Shown here piece by piece: positions 1 to 14,694 of a stretch of 64,000 nucleotides of DNA. The position numbers and the translations under genes are program-made. The stretch's first letter is position 1, and each line of letters starts with the position of its first letter. The notes below the pieces were generated by a model that worked only from the letters and a program-made list of their open reading frames with translations, did no database searches and was not told the origin of the DNA. Source of the DNA: Lophium mytilinum (lineage: Eukaryota); contig MU004193.1 of the NCBI GenBank assembly GCA_010093605.1, positions 405,321-469,320 on the forward strand. Reading direction: 5' to 3'.

Positions 1-2750
1 ATTTGTCAACCCTTATTCTGTCTCCGCTAGCCGTATGTGGAGCAGACATAGATACGTTCAGCACGACAATGAACTCATCTCACATCCGAGGCATGCGTGG
101 AGCCATGTCAGGTCTGGTTGGGTTCCTGTCTCAGTGAATTCGTAACCCGACACTCGAAATGCAGATCTCATCTGCTTTCGTGGTCAAAAGCTACTTACAT
201 CCTAAACCTACGGCGAGGAGCATCATTAATAACATGCCGCATGCCTAAATCAAACAGGAAGACTCGCACACTGATCAGCACGAGAGAACCACAAATTCCG
301 CGTTCTCGATTCCCTTCCATTCTCAAGTCACCTTCTACCCCAATAACCAGAACCTTAACTTACCAACCCCACCTTAAGTCTATCGCCTAACCTCACAGTC
401 CTCATGCGGCCCCTCGCACCCAACGACCTCTCGCACCCAGCTTTCCCACACACCCCTCTTCCCACGCAAACCCCCTTCAACCCCTTTCAATCCCTCCTTA
501 ATCCACAATCACGTGCCTCCACGTGACCCCCACTTTCTACAACTCCCTCCTTTCCACCCCCCCCCTAACATCCCCACCATCTCCACCCTCCCCTCAAGCC
601 CCCTCAAAGCCCCTCCTACCATCTCCAGCATTCCTCAGCCGCTCCGCTACACAAAGGAGCCCACACCCCCATCTCTACGCTAGCACGCCCAAACCACGGT
701 TCAGAGTGGGGCATTACGCAGCCCGCACTACCGGCACCAGCCGTTAGACTACGGTCCGGACCGCCACGCGAGGTGGGGTATAGGGGTTTAGCTTGTTTCA
801 TGTGTATGGGGGGGCGGTAAGGGAAGGGAAGAGAGAGATGGAGATGGGGACGGGGTGCCGCGACGAGGACGGAGAGGTGAGAGCGCTGAGTTGTGGGAGT
901 GGACGCGAGGGACTGTGGGCTATGGTTGATGATGATGGGTGCGGGATTGTTTGGGCCGATGTGAGGGAGTTTTGGTTGGTCGTTGCAATGGCGGAGAGGT
1001 GGGTCGGCATTTGTACATCTCGATTCGCCTATAAAGGGAAAAGGCCGGGTTACGGGTTGGAGTGTTGGTAGAGACTAGATCCGCGTAATGAATGGATGTT
1101 TCAACAATGCAGTAGTGCTCATGACTCCCATCCATGTCTTCATGTCTTAATCTCGATCATAGTTAAACTTGATCTCGATGTTAATGCACGAGGTCGTACG
1201 AAAGATGATCGCAAATCTCAGAAACGTAACGATATCTTGAGGTGGGCTGGAAAGAGGATCGGGGTCTGAGGTTCTAGCGAGTCCAGACCGGTTGTCGGAC
1301 TAGTCGTCATGTCGATTAAGTTTGGAGCGGGGAAACTCCCTCACACCCTCAACCGAATGTGAAACGGGCTAGAGCACTGTGAACTTCGGCCATGGTAAGG
1401 TTCGTCCAATCTCTCTACGAAGTCGAGAAAAGCCTCATGTTCCGGGTTGCCGCATCGAAGATCCGACGTCTCGTGAGGTTCCTGAGATTGCAGAATCAGG
1501 AACCTGATCTCGATGAGAGATCTGCGAATTGGATTAAGTGAAATAGTATCATGCGGTAGAGGGATGATCTGCTCGTGGCTGGACGCCGTAGAAGAATGGT
1601 CCCGTAAGGGCTGGAGTCATGTTGAGAGGCCACCTTGCACGAATCTTCCCGGCCAGACAATACCCATGTGTTGTCCTGTATAAAGACCCTAATGGCGCAA
1701 CTATCCCGACCCTGGTGTTTGTGCACAGTTGAGACGCCGGAGTGCGGCATTGTCAACTGCCGCATCTTCAAGAGGTTGAAAGGCCGCATGCCGTAGGCTT
1801 GTGAGGCCACTTCGAGCATAACTCTTTCACGCGGTCGAGTGATCTCACTGCGTGTTGGAGCCTAGAATTAGCAGGAAGCCAAAACATATACAAGATAGTG
1901 ATTCACTTACGTCACAGTTAGACTTCGTGTTGATCTATTATATAATCGACTCGGAGTATCATCCGCCACCACCTTTCGATCGCGCAAACATCATCGCACT
2001 TCCAAATCTCCGAGCCTCACTCCAGACTGCACTTACATTCACACCAAACAAGACAGAGTGACATGAGAATGCGGAAGGAACAGGGGTAAGGTGACCATAC
2101 ACATATTTCTACTCTAAATCCACCCTCGCAGTTGGGGTGTGACATGTGTCGTGGCATTCGACCAGTTGGGGTATATACAAGACCCTCCCGTCCAGTCGAG
2201 TCCAGCTCCGAAACCGAGGACCTGACCTAGTCAATTCTAACGCCAGATTTGAACCCAAGAAATGGTACCGAGAACACTGTGAAACGCCGATTCCCATGCA
2301 AGCGAGTGTTTTAACTTTTGGTGCGCCGAGAAGAAAGCAGAAACGAAGGTGAAAATATCAATCAGAACAGAGCCTGGACTGACTTCGGCAAGCCGGCGTG
2401 ACAGCAGAGGGAGAAGCGAAGGACCGAGACCAGGCGATGTTTTTGAGGATCGAGATCGAAGGCGTTGAATGATGTCCACGAAACTCCTAGTAGCCGGGAC
2501 TGTGTTAGAACGCCGTTGATCTCATATCGGGAAAGTCCTCCATGGAAGCGGTAAAGAAAGCTGTCCGGGAATCCAGACCGAATAGGATGCCTATGGCGAC
2601 CAGCCGAAACCGCAAATAGAAAGCACTTTCGTGTGAAATAACCCCACTTCTTTTATAAACTCCAGCGATACTTCTTTCCCGCATTCGGTCCCATAGCGCC
2701 GCGAGCCATAAGTCATTAAGAATCAAGTATATGACTGGCCGGAGTCGTTT

Positions 2751-4459
2751 TTAGAGGCTCGGTTGGCCAGGGTAGGGTGGATTTCGAGAGAGGTTTAGAT
2801 GGCCATGGGGTTGGATCTGCCCAATGCCTTTTTCTAGCTGGGGGTGGGCAGCAGTGGGCTGGCAGTACTGTGGTTGGGGCAGGGTTTGTGAAAGAGGGAT
2901 TGACCCCTGAGAGGTGGTGGAGCCGTTCTGCTGGTGTGAGTCGTTCCTGCGAGCGCTCGGGTTACGCCGACGTTGGTTGATGAACCAGTTGCTGACCTTT
3001 GAAATAATTAGCTTTGCTCGGCTCTGTAACGCTCTCAGTGAGCCAATCGTGGTGTGGCTATCGAAGGTGGGGAGTCTGGTAGAGAAAGAGGGGCAAGGTG
3101 GATCTAGACCGCAGTCTTCTACCAATGTGAGGATAGTATGTAGCTAGAAAGGTCTGGGACACAGACTGATGTCCAATCTGACAGATACATGTCGAGCCAA
3201 GGATACCACAAACTTTCTTTAGCGGGTTTGATGCATATCTTGACGTACCTGGTTCAGGGTCAATTGAGTTTGATGCATCAGTTGATACTTCTCATCCTCA
3301 GTCGGGTATGGCGAATGCAGATGAGTGTTGTACCAGGTCTTGAGGATATTGGTCGCCTCCTTCGGCAGATTTCCTCGACGCTTGCGCTGGAATTGTCCAT
3401 CATCGACGCCAGCCATGTGCTGAAACTGGTAGTCGTTGTGCTGATGAGCCTGCTGCTGGTAGTTCGGGGTGGTGAAGAAAGGAGGACTCTGTGGAGATCC
3501 ATACGGAGCCCATGACGACCTGGAAGCAAACGAATCCTCGCTAGCGTAGCCCTGTGAGTTAGACCTAGAGGGTGCAGCACTAGGATACTGTGGTTGAACC
3601 CCGCGGTATTGCTGGTCAAAGGCAGTTGGATTGTGGGCGTGTGCTGGTGGTGAGATTGGTAGTGGTTCGAAGTAGGGCCTAGACGTCCTGGAAGCATCGT
3701 GTCGTTGCGTATCGTCCACAACCCTCAACCGTTGGAGAACGTCTATATCCTCTCGCTTCCGTTTGGTAGCCCCATTGGACTCTTCCAAACAATGTGCGCC
3801 GACCGGTGGCTCTATTGGGCCCCGCACGAGAGGAGGTTGCACTTGTACTGGCGTTGTGGGGGGTGTTTGCACACTCCTACCGTTCCCAAGCATCTAGAAT
3901 TCCGTTAGCTAGTGGTGACTGACAGTACACATTTTGACCACTGATTGGGGGACATCAGGATCCCCTTGAGAGTCTTTGATAGTCAGGATACCGTCGAAGA
4001 CTGCGGTAGGCCAGTTGGGACGGCTGACGATAGGCTGAAGTGCCCAAGCAGTGGAAGGATGCACACAATATCGGCCTGAGATTGGAAGTTACTTACTTGC
4101 TCAATTCCTGGTAGGACTGTGCCGGAACTGCGCGAGATGTCGCCCTCTTGAAACGGTGGAGAATGGCGTTGGGGATGTGAGCAGCCCTGTTCAAGTCCAC
4201 GTCGGATCAGCTTTGTCTCGCTTTCAACAAGTCTCTCTTCGAGACGCTTATTTGAAGTAGGAAGCTCGGGCGCGTAGCCCATAAGTTCAAGAAGCGTGAT
4301 GTGAGTCCAGATTGTGGCAGCTGCCAGTCCGGAGTCTCGCAAACTTTGAGGTCCTTCTTCTTTTGGCACAACACGGCGCAACGTAGGAGCGGCGGCACAG
4401 GGAGACGCTCGACTCTGACGAATCGTTTCGTACATGCTTTGAAAGAGAGGGGTCGACAT
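2751..4459 (-). CDS. TALE/TGIF (KN-type) homeodomain transcription factor, 3 exons (about 4459-4097, 3893-3249, 2996-2751)
   Basis: RKRRGNLPKEATNILKTWYNTHLHSPYPTEDEK...LTLNQ joins VSNWFINQRRR across a GTACGT...AAG intron. PYP TALE loop present. The first intron (GTAAGT...GCTAAC...TAG) keeps frame. Start codon less certain. Confidence 0.85.
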
Positions 4460-7400
4460 CGGGAGTTGACATCGTGAACGAATCGTCTTATAGAAACCGT
4501 GCAGGCTTCGTCGCAGGAGCAGCTCAAGGAGAAAAAAGAGATGAGTTACGACGTACGTTGGAGATGGAGGGCAGCATGCCGTTTAAAGCGTGCGGCTTGA
4601 GTTGTGCGTAGGGATCTGGTATGTCTTTGAGAGTGAGATACTCCATGTCAATGTCTGCTCGGCAGTCAGAATCTACTGGAACGATGGCAGCGTATGTCGG
4701 TGACTGTCAAATGGCTGGCAAAGGATTGACAATTTGACGGAGACTCTAAGTTCGGGGGGTATTGAGAAGAACGGCCCTTGGCGAACAGGCAAAAGTGATA
4801 GTATTGGTGGTGGAGGGTAAGCGATGGATCAATATCGCAAAGTGTATCGCGGGCCACACCGGGATGATGATCCAACGCAAATTTCCAAAGACTCACCAAA
4901 GGGAATGAGATGCGCTGTAGATGGCTGTGCCAACCGGAGCAGGTTGATGCGGACACAGGCAGCTTATGTGGCGCCGCCGCGAGCGGACGTGGTGACTGGG
5001 AAGTGATGGTCTGGTCCAGTGCTCCGTGGTGGAGGGCGGTCAGGCACTCAGCAGCGATAGCAAGCGTGTTAATGATGCTCTGGTCCACGTACAGGTGAGG
5101 TGTCGCCGTCGGGAGCAGAAGTGCAGTCAGCGAGGGCCCTGGGAGCGGCTATGTACGTGGGAGTGGACTCGAAGGGCAGGGAGTGCTGAGAGGTGGAGCC
5201 CACGGCGGGAGGAGGCGTCTTGGATGGCGGCAACAGCGAACTGCAACGGGCCGTCCACTGGGTACGCTGCCAGGGCTCTATTAGCAAGCTCCCGTCGCAG
5301 GCCACTCGACACTAGCACGGCGCGAGGAGGCTCGTTGGAAGAGCCAGGGCTCCTGGACAGAGCGACACCACAGTGCGCTTCAGATGCGCCTTGACAGCAG
5401 CCAGGTCGCAAAACCACTAGAAACAGCTGCAAGAACGCAGGCGGCGCGCCGGCTTGGGCTTAAGGTTTGGTCTATATTCTCCGAGAGCATGGCGCCGCGC
5501 AGCACGAGCACGCCAGCGGAGTATGTCGTCGAGGCCGGTGATGGAGCGCGCGACGTACACCAGATGGACAAGGACAATTCCGCCACCGCAAGGCCACTCC
5601 ACTCTTCTGCTCAGGGCGCGCCCAGGGCTTGCTCCGAGTGCCATAGCCCCCAGGGCCCCATCAGCAGGCCCTTGGCCCACCACACCCTCCAGCCCAGTTC
5701 CCGGCACCTCCACCAGTGCTGGGCCACGCCCCCAACGCAGATCGCCTCCACCGCAGCTGACTCGCCGTGACGCGCAACACAGGGCCATCCCCGTCGCCCT
5801 TTCCGTGCCGCGATGCGGTTCGATATGCTTAATCTGACAGGAGACAGCAGTGAGAAGCGATACGCCCGCCCCGATCGTCTCTGCAAACGTGGGACCGAGC
5901 CTCATCTGTGGCGGCCGTGTTCGATGCGACGGCGGCAGATTGACGAGCAGGAGCAGCAGCAGGAGCAGAGTCCGCTGCCTGCGAGTGGCTGCCGTCCCAT
6001 CCGAGAGCCTTCTCTGCAGTCCCCTAAAGTCTCTTTGCATGCCCTCCGCCAGCAACCTCGTCTGTGCTTCGCACCTCGCGCCCACATCCCACCCGCCGCT
6101 GAGACAAGCGTCACCGCGTCTGCCACTGCCGACGAGGCGAGGCCGCTGCTGGAGCCGTCACCAGCCCTCGACCTCTGAAAGACGACAGTGAGCGCCCCAA
6201 ACGCCGTCACACGGCGCTAGCAGATGCTATAGCAGGGCTGACGGAGATATCAAGATGGATCGCAACAGCAGCAGCGCGAAGGCGGCCGCTGATTGCTTCT
6301 TCGAGTGAATTACATGGTGAATGGCATCCCACATGCCCGGGCCAATCACGGCGACCTAATCTGTCCGTCAACGTCCGGTAACGTCAGTCGGCATCGCGTC
6401 GTCTCACAGGCCGTCGGCACGAGATCGGCTGGCGAACGACTCTACAGACTTCTGGCGCTGCTGCTCCCGCGTGGGCGGCATGTCGCTGGATCTAGGGAGG
6501 TCGTGCATCGTGCATGACCTCGTTAGGAACGCACGGGAAGCAGGTGCTGGCCGGCTACCTCATCGGTCCTGGTCATGCGAGATTGGATCTAGCTGCGCAC
6601 TAGCGGGATTGAAGAGGAAACGGGCGTGGAAAAGGTGCACGCTTCAGGACAAGCAGAAGAAACGGCCTCCTCTTTCGGCGCGGTCGATCTCCCACGACGC
6701 CACGACACGACGGCGAGGGGAGCCGTTCGTACGCACCGCTATTGACCGACGCAGGCTGCTGGCCGTTGGGGGTGAGGCTGGGCGCAGAGAGCCGTGCGAT
6801 GTTGAGGTCTCTCGCACGGGGAGGCCTGCACAGATATCGATGCCGAGACAAACGGGCTCCGCGTGCCTGACAGGACGGCAGGAGAGGGTGGGCCAGCGCG
6901 AAAGACGACTGGCTAGGCGGTGGTTGACAGGTCTGACACGCTGCGTCCTGGTTCGGGGGCATGCGGTGGTGGTCGATGGAGGTCAAAATTGAGGCGCGAT
7001 TGGCGCAGACGCCAGCAATTAATCCCCGTCGGCTCGCGATCGGATGGTCGACTCGATGCCGCACCGCCCGTTCGCATGCTGGCTTCTGCACTGAAGCCCG
7101 CCCTCACCCTCCGTGGTTCAAAAAGGCCAGCTACGCACCCAAAACATCGTATCCACGCCCCGCCGCTCCACCTCTCCAGCGACGGCTCACGCACGGCACA
7201 TCGTCGTCGCAGGCTAGCGTGCCGAGTCCGAGCGGCCATGGACGGCATGGCACGTGAAACCATGCTGGCAGCGCCGGATCGGGCACAGCAAACCAGTGCC
7301 CACGGTGCAGCGGTCGGCATCAGCGTCTCGGCAGGCGTCCCGGACGTGCCAAGCTCTCTTTCTCTGCGTGCGGTGGTCCCGGCGCAGCAGCCGAGAAGAG

Positions 7401-10400
7401 ACGTCGCCGACCAGATGGCAGATGGAGGGCGCGCCTTGCAGCAAATCACCGGGCCGAGATCGCTGCCCCGAGCATCTCCACGCATCCCGCTCTTCACACG
7501 CAGGGAACAGGGCCCAAGTGCCGTCATCTCTCGCTCGTCCCCGACCGATCCCGCCTGCTCGGGACGCCGCCGCGCTGTGCTTGTCAACGTCTGCGATGGC
7601 ACTCTGCGGGCCGCCCGAGTGCGACACCTCCCCAGGGCACCGCGGCCGCCGTTGACAGGCCGAGGGAGAGCAGCACCTGCGCGGGAGAGAGACAGTTGAG
7701 AGCGAGCAGGGTGCTCGCGGCAGAGGAGCGCCGCTTGCGCCATTCATCTCGCAGCACCTGTCATCCGTAGCGCCATATCGGCGCTGGCGTCGAATCTACA
7801 CCGCCAAGCGTCCGCTCAATTCCCCGACTCCTGGCCAGCGTCTGAGAGGTCCAAAAATACGCATGCTTCCATCCCACCGACACCAACCCAGCACAACCCC
7901 CCAGAAGCGCGCACACACCCAGCACACCCTCTCCACGCGCACGGTAACATGGCCAAGGCATGGGACACCCGGGCAGCCACATCTGGCTAGTCCCACGGCG
8001 AGCCTTGCTGCGTCTGCTCCACGCGCTGCATCGGGGCCAGGTTGCTGAAATGGGCATCGCGATACAAGATCAAGCCACCAACGCCATCTGGTGCTCGCCA
8101 GCGGTTTCAAGCACCCCGTCGTGTACCTGTCTGCCCCCGCGCGCCCATCCTCCACTCCTGTCCACCGGGGACACCATGGCATCGACGCGGGGGGCCTTTC
8201 TCGAGGGCCTTCGAGGGGCTTTGGTGGAGCCCTTCAAGTCAGCCAAACTTCATCTCTCTGCGGCGCGAGCAGGGAAGCCGGTGTTGTCCTGACGCAGCGA
8301 GCAAGCAAAGGGCTGCTTTCGGACCTCTCGCGCGCCGCCGTCAGGGGACTATCCAGCATCTGGACCAACGCCATCGTCAAGGGTGCCGTGACAACCGCCA
8401 CGGCAGCGGCTTGACAGGCTTTCCTTCACGTCACACTTTGCGCCATTGCCCGTTGCTCGTGCAGGACGAGGCGGTTTAGCGTTCACAGCTTCGTGTGAAC
8501 CGCCAGGCCACCTCCTGAGTGGCCCCGCATCCTGACAGCTCGGGACCAGAGCGCAGGCATACGATGTCAAGACGATAATCACAATGGCAATCCGTGGTCC
8601 TGTGCTACAGAACATGCCCTCCTCAGGCGGCTGCCAGCTGGGTACGAGCCCGTGCAGCGTTACTCTGCTGCCTTCTCAACAGAATTGCTAGACATTCCTC
8701 ACCGTTCATCATCAATGCTCAAGATGCGAGCCAGTGACGACTCCTCATCCCCAGCTCGCCGCACATGGGCGTACAGATGTTGCAGGACATGCAATATACT
8801 GTCGGCCCATTGGCTCGCCGCCGTGCTTGGAATTCTGCCCCGGAAAAGGCCCCAAGAGTCCCAGCTCAATGCCACAGCAGCCGCGACGTCCTGGTATCTG
8901 GGTCCAAGTCGTCGTCGGTACATGCCACTTCCCGTTACATGGGCCTAAAAGACACCCGACCCTCGTCCCCCGGGTGCGTAACCTTGTTGTTGAAAATCAA
9001 CCGCAGGGGCATGATGGCCATCATACTGTGCGGAAGCCATGTCGAACAGTCCACTAGCATCTGGAGCGCGCTCCGGTGGTGGGGAAGAAGAACGATGGAG
9101 TTTCAGATGAAGTGCCTGCAAGCACGAGTCGCGCACGTTTCCAAAACGCCTCTACGGCTGTCAAGTACACCATGACTAGCCTCGGAACAAGCCAGGTATT
9201 TGAATTTCGCGCAGCTGCCGTCATGCCTTGGCCGCCGTCGTTCTCCCGTCGCTTTTGGAAACTCGCAACGGTGATCGTCAGCCAGGCCACCCTCACCCTG
9301 CAACCCGCCCACCTCCAGATCCTAACGAAGATCGTGGAATGCCGCCAGGTTGGTGATACGGATGTCGCACTCTGCTACCATGACGCGTCAACCCATTGGT
9401 CTTACCGCCTTTATCGTGGGTTCTTTAAGATGTAATCCCAGCGTTCTATCAACGTCGCACAATTGACTTGCTGGCTTCACTACGGAAATACCTATCTGGC
9501 CGAGTGCTCCCTTGATGCGCCACTTCCGTACTGTCGGTAATTTCTTAGATAATGATCTTCGCATCTGCCGACCGTCCGACTACCCAACTCGAGATCACTT
9601 TGAGGCTCGAAACGTCTCGCTGACTTCTGGTATCAGAACGTCTCAAATCGCTAGCCTGAGTCAGTCCCTGCGAGCTGTCACACATCTGACAGTCTGTCAG
9701 TCTGTCAGTCTGTCAAACTCTGAAAGTACCGCTTCGGCCAGGTGCAGCCCGGGTTTCAGATCGAATTCTCAACCAAGCCTTACGTGTTTGAAACGTGAAG
9801 CATATGCGAAAATAGACCTGAGGCATGCCTCTCAGACACCCCTTTATCATGCATCCAGATGAAACGAAACTATCGATTTGGCGGGATCCTGCGCAATCGT
9901 CGCATGGATGCCCAGTCCAAGCGGTCGGGAGGATTCTGAGGCTACTGGGTGATTTCCGCGAACGATGGCTTGAGCTTCGACCACCATCATCTCGGGCGGG
10001 CTAACATTAATGCGGTTACTGGACTACCTATATCCAACTGCGGAGTAGACTGGGCCCAAGTTCTTGTCACTACCCCAGAATTCAGCCGAGGCTCAAAATC
10101 AATTAAGCGGACCATCAGCGGTTACTAGATACGGCAGATTGTCTCTCTCATCGTTCATCCGACTGCCACGACTCATGACAGAAGTACACGCGGATTCTTA
10201 CCCAGATGCAGCGTTGATGTCTTGCCGGTACGATTCGGTACACAGCCGCTATTGTATACATCGCTAACAGGCGCCGTCGCCAACGGACTAACAATCATTC
10301 AGATCCAGACGTGCTTTGCAAAGACTTCTAGGGGAAGGAGAGTCGAATTGAGGCAATTCCGTCTCATTATCAACCAAAACTACTAACTCATGACCATGAT

Positions 10401-12719
10401 AGAAGCGATATGCAATAGCTTACCGTATTTCAGAAAACAGTCTCCTGTCGTTACGGAGGCGTGAGCGATCAAAATCTATTCGCTCTAGCAAATGCGCTAT
10501 CAATTTGGTGCAATTTGGTGTTGAGGCCAACCACTTCTTCGATAGGCCATTTTCCCAAGCTACTGACGTCTGGTGCCAAAGTCACATGATAATCATGTAA
10601 CTCACGGATGATCTCCTCTAATTCGTTTCTTTGAAATTACTTTTCACACTTTAGCAAACAGTGCAGACGTTTGGACCCTTTTCAAGTTGCCACCCCCCCA
10701 GGGCTTTACAGGCGTCGAGTCACGGTAACGTTGATACGGCGACAGGACTGTGCGCAAGCTTAAAGCACGGAAACGCGATCGATTGAGAAAGGGTTACAAT
10801 TATGTGGAACGCAGATATCAATCGCCTATTATAAATCCACGCCAGTGCAACCCATCAATCACGGTCGTCAAATCAATCATCGCGCACAGCATTAAAGTCA
10901 ATCCCCCACCATTTCCAAAAACCAAACTCTCTGATGCGTCGCCATTGGCTGCAAGGGAGCAAGCAGCCGGCGGCTAGAAACCCGCAATCTGTCACGCAGC
11001 CCAGTAACGTGGTTCTTGGGGTTGATCAACAGCTTCTAGATTACCGGGCAATCGTCGAACGACGGCAGGAGACTCACCGCATCCAACTCCGATGTCACCC
11101 TGCCCTGCCACTCTGACGTCTGACGGCCTTCGATGCGCTGCCCCCCGCACGCTGGTACCGATGATAGACGCAGCGCGTTGCTTTTCGTCCAGTGTCTTAC
11201 CAGATCTGAAGTCGATCGCCATCTGCGGCAGACAGAAGCATCAAGTATTGGCGAGTGAACACGCGCACAGCCACATACCAATTTCCCAGCATCAAGGAAC
11301 CGACGAGCCCGTGGGCGGCAGTGGTTTCCAGCGCAGCGTCACTCTCTCACCGGAGTGACCGCGTCACCCACCTCAACCATCGCAACCTCACACTCAAAGT
11401 GTTGGAAAGCATTCGTCCACTCCGCAACCAATCAGCGCTCACCGCCTCACCCTCCATCCCGCTTAGCCGCGCCACCATCAAGACGACTCGCTCCGTTGCA
11501 GATCTTCCGCGCCGGTGGCCCTGCATCGGCGCTGCTTCCAAATACTCTCTCACAGCTCCGGACGCCCTTCCGCAGCCGTTTTGCTCGCCGTCGGACCCTG
11601 AGCTGTCAGATCAACCCTTCGCGATCCCGCACCACGTTCTCGCCGCCAGCCAACCAGACAACGCCCTCCCCGCGCCGTGCTTCCGGGCGCCGATCGCCAA
11701 GCCCGCCATGTGGAGCCTCCCATCGCAGATCCCCAGTCGAATTCGTGCGAGAGCGATTGAATAGTAATCAGGGCAGGTTGGCTAAACTTCGCCCTGCGTT
11801 TCTTAACGTTGGACCCGCGGCTTGGCGGCGACGTTGTTTCTCCTGCGTTTCTCCGGCGGGACAGCGGGAGGGCTATGGAGGTTTCGTTAGTGATGTACGC
11901 CTTCTGCAGCGGTTCGAGAAGCGGTAGCATGACGTCATTAGAGGGAGACGCGAGGAAAAACCCACGCAGGCTCAGGGATTGAGATCGCTGGCTTGGGTGC
12001 TGATCCCTCTGAAGATCGATAGTACAGCTGCCGAGGCTGAAGGTAGGATGGGGCAGTTCGGAGCGACGTGGGAAGGTTCGTGGGCTGTGTTTTTGTGGGA
12101 CCGGAGGCTGGGAGTGGCTGTGGGGAAGGAGGACGCGGGGTGGTGCCGGTTAGAGTTTGAAGATCGAAAGGGGTGCGATTCAGGTGACGATGAAAAACTG
12201 AAGTTACTGACAAGTGTGGATAGGTTTGAGAGGCTGAGGGCGATGCGAAGGCTTGGTGACGGCGAGGTTTGAGGATTGACTGATGGTGAGTTTGGCGAGT
12301 ACTGTCGGCCAATGAGCGTTTAGCGAGCCCAAAACATCACCAGCTGTCAGGAGCACGAGGAGGTAGGTCAATGGTATGGCAAGCTCATAGTATGTCTATT
12401 TCTATCGCCTTGAATATTTCTAAGATCAAGCTCTTCTCCCTTGCCGCGAGTCATCTAACAAGGGAACTTCACGAACTTCACAGCAAAAACAGATCACGTG
12501 GTATAAGACATCGCATCTTTCAAGCCCATAGGAAAGGTCGACGGCCATAACACCCATCCTCCAAAACCATTCTCTAAAGAGTCAAAAGGGCCGCGGTATA
12601 ATAACTTTCATGCCTAAGACTACCTCATGCCGTGTCCATTCATAATACATAGAATTCAACCCATCTCCAGTCTCACCAAATTCACAAACTCTAGTAAACG
12701 CAGGCCAGACTGCCATATA

Positions 12720-14330
12720 TTAACCCCACTTCCTGAGGTCCTCTTGTCCTCTTGTCCTCTTCTTCCTTTTCTTTTCTTCCTTCTCCCCTTTGCTTCCTTT
12801 GCTTCTCCGCAAGACTTTCCCCTTCCTCATCGCTAAAAAGAGCATATCCCTTCACACCCTTACACCCCTAAGATCTCTCAAGAGAAATGTATTCTGATGC
12901 GCGCCAACTACGATCTCTTCCCTAAGGATAAAGAGTATCTCCTGCACGTCCAGCAAAGTGTTCTTGATACTCTTATCGTGAAGATAGAATATCTGAGACT
13001 AGGCAGTGAGCTTAGCCTTATCATCCAGACCAAAATCCGTGCCCCAAGTTTTGTACCTCACGTTCGGCCCACGGAAGCCAGCAACGCTTTCCGGAACGTA
13101 GCAAATCATCGAGGAGAATGAGCCGAGCTGCAGTAAGCTCCCTTTTACCTTACTTCCACCAGTGACTTTACAGAAGAGAGGCCCTCTACTCGTCGAGTTC
13201 AGGCGCACCAGCGAAGGTAGGGAAAGCTTCTGAGATGCTATTTAATCGGAGCGGAAGTGGAGACGACGTGGCAGGGCTTAATCTTCACGATCTAAGGGCT
13301 GCTAGAATTGCACCGGAATTGCTGCCGCTCTGCAACGGGCATTTCGAAACCGTCGTGCCACTAACAGTCTCACGGATTTCGAGACACATGTCCTCTTACG
13401 ATGAGTATGCGTCAAGGGGCAGATCCTATCACTATATGGAGTCTAATAAGGGCAGTGTCATTGGACCAATTCTCACTAGGTTGATTGTGAAGACTAAGGT
13501 TGTACGCCAAGTTCCTATGTCTGCTGGCTATTTCGTATCATTGTTCGAACTCTTTCTACAAGGCGTCTACAATTCAACCCAGATATCATTACCAGTGTGC
13601 TGCAAGTCAGATTGCAGCATTACGACCCTTCATTGCCAAAATTCGTCGCCACCGAAGGTCCTTCGGTAATTGCTCAAGTACTATGGATGCGTAAAGCTTC
13701 TCAAGGCTTTGAAGCAGGCTATTAGCATCACCCAGTCATAGAAAACGCGAAGTGCTTGTTAATAATGCATCAAATTTGGCGTCTTCCGGTTTAATGAAAA
13801 TAGCAAAGCATCCTCCGTGCGTCAAAATATCCTTTATAGGGATCGAATTATGATCGCTCTAGATGCTCTCTTAAACGAAATCGGCGAAAGATAAACCGGA
13901 CTGAACCCGAAGATTAGTCACTACTTCTTCTGTACAGACATTCAGGAATCTTAGAAGGGTGTGGAAATGAGGCGCTTTAACAGACACCGCCGAGTTCCCC
14001 GCTAAACAATTCGACACTATCGAATCCGCGGAAAAGACGAGGGTTATAAGACTAAAATTCTCATCTGTAGTGCTCCAATCCGAGATTTGAGACTGAGTGT
14101 GGAGAAGCAGTTCATGTATTTCCGCCAATCATCGGGGGTTCGGGATACGTCCACTCCACTTCGCTGTGAGCCAAGGAATCCTGTAGTTTCATAGTCTCCA
14201 GACCCCGCAGTTGTCGGTTTGAGTTGATTAACTCTTTATGTTCCTCTATCTCCCGACCGGTCTCCTTATTCACTTGAATCAGGTATTTTAAGATCAAGGG
14301 ACGTGCTAAGGCCGATCGTAGAAGCATCGC
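12720..14330 (-). pseudogene. Possible degraded gene of unknown family
   Basis: Consecutive protein-like minus-strand fragments (14327-14112, 14128-13871, 13208-12999 continuing to a K/R/E-rich tail) broken by stops and frameshifts. No recognisable domain, and stop density is close to random. Confidence 0.3.
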
Positions 14331-14694
14331 CGAGCGCTACTGCAGTTCTCTTGGAACAGCTCTGGCTCCAGAGGAATAGCTTTCTAGTATTTATTCCGTC
14401 GGTCCGGCCTAAATATACGACAAGCGAAGATGGCCAGTCCTGTGGAGAGTGCCAAGCGCACTAAAGTGCCAGCCAAATCGGAAGTTTCTCTTATAGTTGA
14501 GGATATGAGAGTTGGACTGTACTGCAATCTAACACACTCTATGCTCACCTCGCTTCCATATTACTACACAATCATGATCAAAAGCGTCTCAACCACTCCC
14601 TTTCGAACCAGTACAAAAACCTCAAAACTCCACCTCTCTATCAACCCTCACCCAACCCTACCCTCTCTCCTCCCCACCCCCCATCAATCCCAAA

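Noticed and set aside
5026..8479. Long overlapping ORFs (e.g. 6913-7743 minus, 6920-7699 plus)
   Set aside because: Arg/Ala/Pro-rich translations typical of high-GC non-coding DNA, with no motifs and open frames on both strands.
11092..12312. ORFs at 11255-11764 and 11355-11927 as a gene
   Set aside because: No ATG-led frame with a recognisable domain; only the compositional skew was noted.
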